NCBI RefSeq assembly: GCF_000181795.1
Contig: NW_003526943.1
Coordinates: 5,821,806-5,885,805, forward strand
Length of the DNA stretch: 64,000 bases
Source: Trichinella spiralis
Lineage: Eukaryota
Reading direction: 5' to 3'
Position numbers and translations under genes: made by a program. Below the pieces are notes generated by a model. It searched no databases, was not told where the DNA came from, and saw only the letters and a program-made list of their open reading frames with translations. Positions 38,179-48,702 of this stretch are shown here, in pieces (the stretch's first letter is position 1; each line of letters starts with the position of its first letter).

Positions 38179-39185
38179 ATCGATTTCAAACCAAAAGTTT
38201 GCGATGGTTCAAAATGTGTCTCTGCTAAAACAAAAGTAGCATAAGAAAAGGTAAAACCATAAAAATTAATAAAGATAAAAGTAAAGCAATGACCACTCAC
38301 AGCTTGCTCGCTCTGCACTTAAACTTTATATCTAGAAACGAAAAGCAGCAATCAGTGATATGTTTTAAAGTTGGTTTAAAGTATATTGCATCTGTCTTTA
38401 GTTCAAAACTTTGAAATTTAAAGTTGCATTTAATCAAACAGTTTTTGAATAGCACAGCTTCTCGAATTATGATTGGTGTATTTGAAACACCAATCCAGAA
38501 ATCAGCAGTTCCTACATTATTTTAATTTGATCTAAATTAAGAAAAAATTTTTACGGCGTTTTTTACTGGTCGTAAAAAGCGTTATTTCATTGGACGTCTG
38601 CGCCAGAGGTTTTCTTGTTTAATAGTTTACTGATCCAAAATTTTGCAATGTGATTAATAGTGATGCTTTTCCTTTCCTTAGTTGAAATATTTCCATTTGT
38701 AATTTTCGTAACTTCGTAACTCAACAAGTGGTGAAGTTTTTAATATTTTTAAATTTAATTAAGTTTACTTTTATCACACTTTATGAAGTTCTATCATTAT
38801 TGAATGTGATGCATCACATTCACTTTTAAAATATAGTAATTGTTGTGAATTTTCAACTTTTAGATGACCAGTATATTCAAAAACATATATTTCAAAATAA
38901 ACAAAAATTTTTAATTATTTTATATATTATTTCATTATAATCATGATACGCCAAATGTAATAGAAATCACTAAGCAAACACAACAAACAAAAAATATGAA
39001 AAACAATAATTTTCATCGTTTATAATTCAACAACAACAACAGTAAGGAACACACAACAACAATAACAACATTAATGAAAACAAAACAGCGAACAATATTA
39101 ACAATACTAAAATGATCAAAAATGAAAAAAGCAGCAATACATTATAATATAAATAAAATGCAAAACTGCCATATGAAAAGCCGCA

Positions 39186-39700
39186 TTAAATCATCTAAGG
39201 CAACATGTAGATTAATGCTGCATGAACCCGCCCAATTGTTCAACTACCACAGTGATATTCATCCGTATACTGTTCATTGCGTTCTTGTTTTTTTCAGCAT
39301 AAACACTGCTTATTCTGTTTATCTTAAGCTAGTAGCGTTATACTTTTCTCATTTCCGTAGTCCAATGAACGCTTCTACAGTACCCTGTTCTGTGATCAGC
39401 AGCTGGAGCAGTTCATACAGCCAAAGATGTGGTTTTTTGCTTCCATTTTTAACTCATTATGCAAACCTTCCAAATGGTCATTGGTTCAAATATTGACGTG
39501 ATATAAATTCCAAAGCTGAAATCTTTCATAAGTCAAAAATTCCTGCTAAAAATATTGAAATAAAATTACTAAGTATTCTGACGTGTCAACTTAAAACAAA
39601 CAAACACCAGCATCAATTTACGGCAGAGAAAAAAATGTTGCTAGTAGCATTTTTATCTTTCTACTTGTTTCATTCCGTCTATTGTATCGAGCATCTGAGC
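39186..39700 (-). mobile_element. Degenerate MULE-type transposase C-terminal remnant
   Basis: Interrupted translation RKIKMLLA..., FQYF*QEFLTYERFQLWNLYHVNI*TNDHLEGLHN, GLYELLQLLITEQG and VYAEK...QYTDEY. Resembles the W-N...RTNNxxEGWHN motif of Mutator-like transposases and matches 45290-45530 and 46155-46342. Confidence 0.75.
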
Positions 39701-40038
39701 ATAACTTACTGACATTCCTATGTTCTGCTTGAAAGAATTGAATATGGCAGCTCATTATTTGAATAACGAACAGCACAGAAAAAATTATTGCTTAACTTCA
39801 TTTTAAATATGAAATATGAAGCTGCTCCCACGCTTTTTAAATCAATTTTATTCTTGCTCAAGCTGCATTCTTTGAGGCGGTTTCCTATCGGAAACATCTG
39901 CCATTATAAGAATGGTGAAAAGAACAGATAAAATTGTTTTGAAGAGGTGTTGTCACATCAAATCTCAAAAGTCACACCGCTCCCATTATTTCCTGTTGAA
40001 TTTTATTTTTCTTGTTCCGGTTGGCTAGTTCAATTCGG
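39350..40038. repeat. Left arm of a ~685-bp inverted duplication
   Basis: Reverse complement of 43270-43940, with scattered substitutions and one 17-nt indel. Confidence 0.95.
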
Positions 40039-41657
40039 CTAGCAAGCGGAAACATCTGCCACTGACAAAATAGTAAACAGAACAGAAGCAAACTATTTTC
40101 TACTGCCGTCGCTTGAAATATAAATCGATAGATTGCGCCCTATTAATTCAGTTTTTTCTTTCTTTTAGCTGGTTAACTGATAGTAGCTATGTATTTTTAA
40201 CTGTCATTCAAATAATCATTTTCTTGAGTTTCGTTGAATAAATAATGTCTGTGATGAAACTAGAGTAGAATATTTTCAGATTAGAAGATCAGTAAAATAT
40301 GAATAACTTTAACTTATTATAATTGTGTTTTTTGAATGTAAAAGTCAAATATGAAGTATTCATGTGAAGTGCACTTCATTTAAATATTAATTGAAACTTC
40401 TGCCACATTCTGATGAAATTCTTTTTTGCAAGTACTTCAGAAAACACCCAAAAAATTCAAAATTTTATTTTTATGATTGCTTTACTGTCAATGATAATTA
40501 TTTAATATAAAAAGAAATAAACAGTGAACAACAACGGAGAAATCGCTACATTGGTGAGTGCGTGTTCGCGCAGCAGTTTGCTGTTCGCTGCAATAAAAAC
40601 AATCTACAAACTGGAAATTTAGTAGACGCTAGAATTCAAGCAGCTCATCCAACGCTCAGATGCGCTGTTCAGCATCTTTGATGCAGGCGGAATGCTTGAA
40701 CCAAGCAATTCAAGCAAGGAATACAGGCAGCAACAAATGTAAGTCAATCTTTCCAAATTCTATTTCCAGTTCGTTGTATCTGTGATAGAGTTGTTCCAGT
40801 TGGTGGAAAAATCTAACCACATTCAACAGCTTCTACCCGTCAGCGCATGAGTCAGAATTTTTGAACGCTTGTTACATTGCCACATGCTGGTTTTTTATTA
40901 ACATTTAGGCGTCTGCCGGTGTACCTCCTTATGTTGCTTCAGCCGTCGGTCGTTGATATCCGCCGCATAGTCACAGAACAGCCTCATGAAGCTATTTAAC
41001 AGGATTCTTTGATCTTTGTAACAGAGACACTCATTTCAACCAGATATTCACCGGTGGAGCAAATGACGTAATCGAATACAATAATCGTAAATAATTGCTG
41101 TTTCCTATGTTTGATGTTCATAGTCTACTTTCACCATCCGCCCAATGCAGGAGAACGATGTGCAAAGCAGATTCAACGGATGCAAATGAACAGTTACCGT
41201 ATTCAGTTGCTCTTTCACAGATAACACTTCTTGGAGTATTTCTCTGAACTGGTCAGATCATCACTGATTCCATGGAACCGCTGACCTGATCTGCTACATA
41301 ATGGAGAAACGTCTTTATATATGTGTTCGCTGCTGAGGATGCCGTGAACTCTGTAATGTTCGATCGCCAGCCTCCATCGAATGTACGCAATATGAGTCAG
41401 TGAAACCAACTGAAAGAAAAGTAACACGGCCGAAAGAAGGCCGTCACAGAATATGAAAAATAATGGGCACAGAGCTGTATGACATAATGTAAGAGCGGAT
41501 TAAAAGACGTCAGAAGGTTGCTGATCACGCAGATCATCTAGAATATTATGTAACCAGAACATGGGCAGGAAGTAAAATAGAAGTAGATTTGCACTATTCT
41601 TCTCAGAGATGACTGTACTGAGGCGTGTCAGTGTGTTGAATACTGGATATCTTAGAT

Positions 41658-42120
41658 CAGGGGTGAGCAACTTTCTGGCTACTAGAGGCCACATTCAGCA
41701 TCCTTATTGTCATAACGGACGCAAGTGGGCCTAACCACACTGTCCATTGATGTCCAATGTGATTTGAAAATCTACCTACGACCGCGTTTACGCCAATTCC
41801 AAAACCATGGAATGAGATGCATAACAAGAAATATTTTGTTGTTGAAAATTTATTCAATTCAGCGTCGCTCTCCACGACCGCTGTTTCAGATGTTCAGTAT
41901 GTGCATGTGCGTGCGTGAGTGTGCGCGCTGCTGGATTAGTGACGCGTTGTTCTGTTGTGCGAATTTATTTTGTCCACTACCCACGCAATTTTTTCTGACC
42001 TTGATAACGTTCTGTCATTGGTCGTCCATATCTTACCGGTTTTCTTGTGCAATTGTTCATTGGTTGACAGTTTTGCACTGTGATTAGCTATAATACTCTT
42101 TATTTCATTGGTCAAAATAT
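41658..42120 (+). mobile_element. Solitary end of a hAT (Charlie/Buster-like) transposon
   Basis: CAGGGGTGAGCAACTTT...GAGGCCACATT terminus preceded by 8-mer tcttagat (central TA). Repeated tcattgg motifs follow. No matching opposite end seen, so the right boundary is approximate. Confidence 0.5.
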
Positions 42121-43269
42121 TTTCAACACTGACTTTTGTAACTTTATTTTGGTAATTTTTTATATTTTGAAATTTTATTAAGTTACTTTATTTCAAAAAT
42201 TATGAAGATTTATCATCAATAAATATGCTGGTTGGGCAAGCGATGCTATGGTTTTTATTTCACATTTTTTGCTTGTTCAAACTGTTAAGTCGAAGCGCCC
42301 AGAAACCAGAAGCATCAGGCATTGCGAGAGGACTGAACAGAAAATAAAAAGTTGTTTATCGCAGGCGTCACTTCAGATTTGAATTGTGAAACCACTTCCA
42401 TGTTTCTTCATAAAGAAAGGACATAGTGCTACAATGATTTTTTACATGGCGCACTCTGTATATTGTGAAAATAATGAATTAGTCAGTAAAGCATTCAAAT
42501 CACCAAATTAGTCGTCGCTTTAAATCTTAAATGTCAATACTCTTACGGATTTTAAAGTAATGTTTTTCAGTTGTTTGAACTGGTTAACTCAAACCCACTA
42601 CAATTAGCAGCACGAGCCACTGTGAGAATAATAGACAGAACAGAAAAATTCAACTTTTCAAATCAGCCGTCGCTCAAATCTGAAATGTCAAGTCACTCCC
42701 ACAGTTTTCAATGAAATTTTTTTAATTGTTCAAACTGGTGAGCTGCAACTTATTCTCAAATGTCATACAAATAATTATAGGATTTGACTTTTGCTAAAGA
42801 AATAATTTCTGTGATATACCTAATGAGAGAATTCTATTAGCACTTAATTTAAATATGCTAAAACGCTGTTCTGTTAACAAGAAGCATCAGATCGATTGGA
42901 TCCATAAGTGCTGTTATTAATCTGGAATGTTCAATTTTCCTCATCACTAAAGTAGTTCAGATTCAAAATGTTACAAAAGAATGCGTTTATTTATTACACA
43001 GATGTGGTAATGCAATGCAACTAAGGTGCTTGTAAACATTCATCAACGCCTGCTGCAAAAAATGCTTGCTCAAGCACACAAAAAATCATTGCTATTACTG
43101 CAAAGAATTAACATGCAACAGTTTGTTTCAACAGTTACAAATAAAAATAAATAGATACATAAAATTCTATCAAAGTACTTTGATAATGACACGTTAAAAA
43201 TGAATGGCGCAAGAAGAAAAGTTAAAGTTTCTTCATTCACAGGGCAGTCGAGATGAATTTCTTAGTCCT

Positions 43270-43940
43270 CCGCATTGAACTAGCCAACCGGAACAAGAAA
43301 AATAAAATTCAACAGGAAACAATGGGAGCGGTGTGACTTTTGAGATTTGATGTGACAACACCTCTTCAAAACAATTTTATCTGTTCTTTTCACCATTTTT
43401 ACAATGGCAGATGTTTCCGATAGGAAACCGCCTCAAATAATGCAACTTGAGCAAGAAAAAATTGATTTAAAAAGCGTGGGAGCAGCTTCATATTTCATAT
43501 TTAAAATGAAGTTAAGCAATAATTTTTTCTGTGCTGTTCGTTATTCAAATAATGAGCTGCCATATTCAATTCTTTCAAGCAGAACATAGGAATGTCAGTA
43601 AGTTATGCTCAGATGCTCGATACAATAGACGGAATGAAACAAGTAGAAAGATAAAAATGCTACTAGCAACATTTTTTTCTCTGCCGTAAATTGATGCTGG
43701 TGTTTGTTTGTTTTAAGTTGACACGTCAGAATACTTAGTAATTTTATTTCAATATTTTTAGCAGGAATTTTTGATCTATGAAAGACTTCAGCTTTGGGAT
43801 TTATATCATGTCAATATTTGAACCAATGACCATTTGGAAGGTTTGCATAATGAGTTCAAAATGAAAGCAACAAACCACGTCTTTGGATGTATGATCACAG
43901 AACAGGGTACTATAGAAGCGTTCATTGGACTACGGAAATG
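43270..43940. repeat. Right arm of the inverted duplication, containing a copy of the MULE remnant on the + strand
   Basis: Reverse complement of 39350-40038, lacking the 17-nt segment gcagctggagcagttca. Confidence 0.95.
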
Positions 43941-45128
43941 CAAAACTACTTGAGTGCATCAGAGCAGCAGCCAATAAAATTCACTGTGAAAAATTAAACG
44001 GAGTTCATTGGGGAAACCGAGTCTACCTCTTATATTTATTTAGTAATAACGCAATCTGAATAAAATAATCATATGTATATATATTAAAGATAGATTTTTA
44101 GGTATGCGCAAAGTTATACATACTTATCATTATAATGTATGATTATGTCATAGTAAGGTACTTATTCTTATAAAATCTGTTTTGTTTACAATTGATTACC
44201 ATCATTCAGTTTATTGAGAAAATACTGTTAGGGGTTAAATTGCTATTACCGTATGGGTTAAAATCTGAAGTGATGAAATGAAGCAGTATTAAAATAAGAT
44301 TAGCTTATCATGAATTTCTTCACAGTTGAGTGATCAGTTTATAAGGGTGGGGAATATTACATAAGAAATCTTTTCTGACAGGGACAATGCAGCTAGAATG
44401 ATTCTTTTAGGATAAGAATAGCGTGAAAATCCAAAATGATAATACAATTCATAATATTTTTTATCCAAAAATATACTTTTTCGTTACTGTAATTATGGAC
44501 CATCCAGTTATTACCTTTAATGCTTTTCAAATGTTCGTTGTTTTTACTATAATTTATAATAAGTAACAATGAAAATAATCTGGTGTGAGAAGTAGCAGCT
44601 GCAATTTTTCAAATTTATATCTATTATTTTTCTTTATACAGTGCGACCTGATTATCTGATCACACAATTTTGGGGGTCCTTCAGATAATCGAATTTTCAA
44701 ATAAACAATGTTTTCATTTTTTAGATGTATGCACATAATTAGAGCGTTTATGGCTGTTATCCTGAGTCGAACGCGGAATAGTAGACATTCTTTTTATTAT
44801 GAGATGTTATTTGTCCTTTACTCGCTTAAATTTAATGAACGTTTATTACTAAGGCGATTATATTTTTCAGCGCTACATTCAAAAATCACCAGGTTTACTT
44901 TGTGTCATATTCATCATTTTTCTTTGAACGAAGGTAGCTTCTTCTGTGCAGCGACATCACGCATGTAGGGATGGTCCCACTTGGTCCCACTTCTGTTCCC
45001 ATTCGGTTCCACTGTTCATTTATTGGTCGTTGACCTCGCTATCTTATTAGACCGTAAAGTCTTTGTCGTATTGGTTTTCCTTCTCTAATTGCTCACTGAT
45101 TCAAACCTTTCCCTTGTGATTAGCTGTA

Positions 45129-45138
45129 NNNNNNNNNN
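45129..45138. other. Assembly gap (10 N)
   Basis: Run of n in the sequence. Confidence 1.
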
Positions 45139-45289
45139 ATCTAAGTTGATCTTCAATTGTAGATAAAATATGAAATGAAAACTAAATATTGTTGCAAAAT
45201 GGTTATTTAAAATGAAATTCAAAACCGTCCAATTCATTTTCGTTTGGTATTTCCTTTGCGTTTAGTGCTTTGCGTTCCAGAGTTATTTT

Positions 45290-45530
45290 GCTTCCAGGTA
45301 CATAGGAAAGTCGGTAAGCTGGGATTGAAAACGCGATATCGCCAGGATGAAGAAACAAGAAGAAAAATCAAAATGCTCCTGGCCATCGCTTTCCTCCCTG
45401 TACCGCAAGTTGATACTGGTGTTAGCCTGCTTGAAACAGGCACTGTGGGTAATTTATTAGCCTTATTTCAATATTTTCGGCAGGAGTGGATGACTGATGA
45501 TAGGCTGCCGCTCTGGAATGTACATATTGC
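45290..45530 (+). mobile_element. MULE-type transposase fragment
   Basis: QVHRKVGKLGLKTRYRQDEETRRKIKMLLAIAFLPVPQVDTGVSLLE...FQYFRQEWMTDDRLPLWNVH. Confidence 0.85.
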
Positions 45531-45536
45531 ATAGTT

Positions 45537-45910
45537 ATGCTTTTGTCCAGTTATAGGCCAAAAATGAGATCAAGAAAATGGTGGTGGAGCCTTTTCAATA
45601 ATGCCCTGAACATAGCAGTGGTCGCTGCTTGGTGACTTCATTGTGAACTGCACGACGCTGACAGATCAGCGATGACACATTTGGCATTTAGAAGAGACAT
45701 TACAGCTCATTTCCTTCGAGCCAGGCTCCTACAGATCTCAAGGCCTGAGCCACGTAGCCACTTGCCACACAGTTTGCGAAGCTCACGTGGACATTTTTTG
45801 CAGTCAAGTACGCAGGGTCGATGCGCAGTTTGCAAAAAAACTGTAGAAATCAGTGTGTTCAGTGTGGCAAACGGCTGCATCCGATATGTTTCCCAGTATA
45901 TCATCAGTAA
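45537..45910 (+). mobile_element. piggyBac transposase C-terminal remnant (pseudogenised)
   Basis: MLLSSYRPKMRSRKWWWSLFNNALNIAVVAAW*LH...HLAFRRDI...QGRCAVCKK, then a frameshift to CRNQCVQCGKRLHPICFPVYH (Cys-rich domain). Palindrome gttcccacatgggaac lies downstream at ~46041. Confidence 0.85.
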
Positions 45911-46154
45911 CTGTGACTTATATCTGAGGTATCATAATACTATTGTGTAACTGTTTTTTCCACTATGTTTACTATTCAGGAGTGATGAACTGTAGAAATA
46001 AACCGTATACTGTTTTCATGCAGACACCGTAGTGTCCAATGTTCCCACATGGGAACGTGATAAAAAACAACCTTCTAATTATTTTTTCATAACCATTTTT
46101 CATTTATATCTTAGCTAACACTCACGAACTTAAATGGCTGCAAAATTAAGTATC

Positions 46155-46342
46155 CACTCCAACTGTTAATCAACCAGCTCCTTACAAGAAATCTTGCCGC
46201 AGGTTCAATTAGACAAATTAGTAGTAGGTACGCTGAAAAGCAACAACGGGTAATGATTTATACGCGTGAATACACCATCGGCAGCCGTACCTTGGAGCGA
46301 TTTCTTGAAGCTTTAATGTACCTCACGCCAGATCCGATTTAA
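46155..46342 (+). mobile_element. Continuation (C-terminus) of the MULE transposase after the piggyBac remnant
   Basis: LQLLINQLLTRNLAAGSIRQISSRYAEKQQRVMIYTREYTIGSRTLERFLEALMYLTPDPI*, similar to the decayed minus-strand copy at 39186-39345. Confidence 0.7.
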
Positions 46343-46416
46343 TGCCGCCTTCCAAGTGGTGGTTTTGTATTATATTTTATTATCAGTGTTGTTATTATCT
46401 GTTGTTTATTTGTCAC

Positions 46417-46520
46417 TTTATTCTTCATTGTTCTTATTATGTGTTACTTGCTGTTGTTGATTATTGACTTTATTCTTCATTGTTCTTATTATCTGGTATT
46501 TGCTGTTGTTCATTATTCAT
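46417..46520. repeat. ~51-bp imperfect tandem duplication in a TTG/TTA-rich tract
   Basis: ctttattcttcattgttcttattat...tgctgttgtt occurs twice. Confidence 0.85.
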
Positions 46521-47605
46521 GCAGTTCTCTGTTATTTACTATTGATATTGTTGTTGTTGAGCATTGGAAAGTAAATTTCCTTTAGAAAAATTGATTTCAA
46601 AAAATACTTAAACTTCATTTGCCTACCGTAATGAAACAAAGCAGTTTTTAAAATCATATTACAAATACTAATCACTAAAAGTGCAGAGTGGAAAAGTAAA
46701 TATTTAAAAGAAAAACAGTGAAAAAATTAAACTGTCAAATGGTGGCGTCACGAATCAAACACTAAAAGAGGTCAAAGGTTGCGTAATGAATAGTTATGTA
46801 ATTAAAAATTTGGACCAATGAAATGAAAATAATTTTAGCTAATCAAAGCAGAACAATTTTAATCAATGAAAAGTTTAGGCAATAGAACCAATGTTATTAC
46901 GCCAAAACTATGCAATGAGAAGCGATCCAATGAAAACTCGATTTGTCGCCAACCAATAGAACATTAGCACTGAAAATTTTACTTAGAGAGACTAAACCAT
47001 TTTATAAAAGTGAACATTGAGAAAACATTAATTATAAACTTTATACTGCATTACAAACTTTCAGATCATCATATTCACAGTACAATGCGATACTTGATAA
47101 AAAATGCGATGGTCATATTACTAAAAGCAAGGTGAATTCATTAAAAATAAAAAAAAATTTACTTACCAATTCTCATGCTTCTTGTATAAGTTTATTTAAA
47201 AATTATCATAAAAATAGCTGTACATTAGGCATTGGGTGAAAGTGTATACTGTAATTTAGGTTATTAAATCTTGAAGGTTATAAACAAAATTACAGTAATT
47301 TAGTGTTTACGTACTGTTGATTGTTTTCCGATCTGTATGTCTTATTTTTAATGAGAGTTTAAATTTTCTAACCTTGTCAATGCTTACATATAACTCTTCA
47401 AATACTTTCATCTTTAAACTTTCGTTTTGTTTTTTTTTTGTGAAGAAAATTAAAAATTTTTAAGTGAATGCATATAATTTGAATGAAATATAAGAACTTT
47501 GTGCACGCAGAGCGTACGAAAAACATTGCATTTTACATAATTTACTAGTATACTTTTTTCAGGTGAACACGTTTATATTACAACGGACAAGCAGCGTTTT
47601 CCACT

Positions 47606-48657
47606 ATGAAACTGAATTTGTTATTTGGTATTTCAGCATTGCGACTGCTTACATATACACACATATATTTTCATCGTGCTTTGCTTTATTTGAGGTGTCG
47701 AAAAAGACGAATTTGTTTTATCAGATGATAATGAATGCAGTTTGAAGTTGATTGATTTGAAAAATCATATTGACAAGAAATTTGACATTCCAGTTAGTAA
47801 CCAAAGACTGATTTGTCGAGGTCGCACCCTCGTTGGTGATGAGATGCTGCTAAATTCGTTTAACTTCAAGCCGGGAGAAAAAATTATGATCATGGGCAAC
47901 CGGCGAGATGATCCACGGTTGGTTCATTCAATGAATGTATTGCATGAAATTGAAAAGCACTCTATTGCGGGCTTTAGCAAGAAACTTAGGGAATTTACTG
48001 ATGAAGTGGATGGAATTGCAAAGGTGAGCAGCATAACGTCTGAAATATTTTTTTAAAGTTATCGTTACTGATTTAAAATGACTAAAACAATTTAAAATGT
48101 TCACGTATATATATATAACATATTTTAAGGGTTACCTTCCAGACAACCTTGTTGATCAAGCTGTGGATAAACTGACACATAAGTCACTTTTTCTTAACGA
48201 AGAATGCATGAAAGCTATGGAAAAGATGGACGCACTGTCTTTAGGAGATGCAAAACTAGAAAGTGCAAGGTTAAAGCGTAAAAGTTTAATCAATCAGATT
48301 CAAGTAAGCATTTTGCTTAAACTTTCTGATTGTTCTTGAAAAAAAACGAATTGTTTTTTACTCATATGGTTAGAAATGATCATTAGCAAAGCATGCATTG
48401 TTATTTTAAGTAGACTGGAAAGTTTCGTTTTTAATCATGTTAAACAAAAAGAATGACCCAATGCAAAAATTAGCGCATTCGTTTTTCTTTTTCTAAATTA
48501 TGTGAAGTTTAGAAACATGTTTTTTTTACAATTACATTGTATCTGCTTTGTTGAGGTTGAAATTTTGTTTTTCTTCGTTTAGAACATTTTGCAAAGCACC
48601 GACTATCAAATGCAGAATTTGCATGAATTTTTAGAAAGAAGACAGGAAGAAAAGTGA
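47606..48657 (+). CDS. BAG1: BAG family co-chaperone BAG1 (ubiquitin-like + BAG domain)
   Basis: Four coding exons. UBL DLKNHIDKKFDIPVSNQRLICRGRTL...KIMIMG. BAG domain KGYLP...EECMKAMEKMDALSL...ARLKRKSLINQIQ. TGA at 48655-48657. Confidence 0.88.
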
Positions 48658-48702
48658 AATTGTCCGTTTGCTGTGCACGTCTGTTGTTTCACTTTTCAAG
48701 TT

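Noticed and set aside
40800..41250. Possible Penelope/GIY-YIG or reverse transcriptase remnant
   Set aside because: Only short motif-like words on different strands and out of order. Needs a profile search.
39350..43940. Intact transposon with 685-bp terminal inverted repeats
   Set aside because: No target-site duplication, no internal transposase ORF, and the left arm cuts through an older MULE remnant.
44964..45128. TGTAGGG-starting segment as a retrotransposon LTR
   Set aside because: Cut by the N gap, with no second LTR, primer-binding site or target duplication visible.
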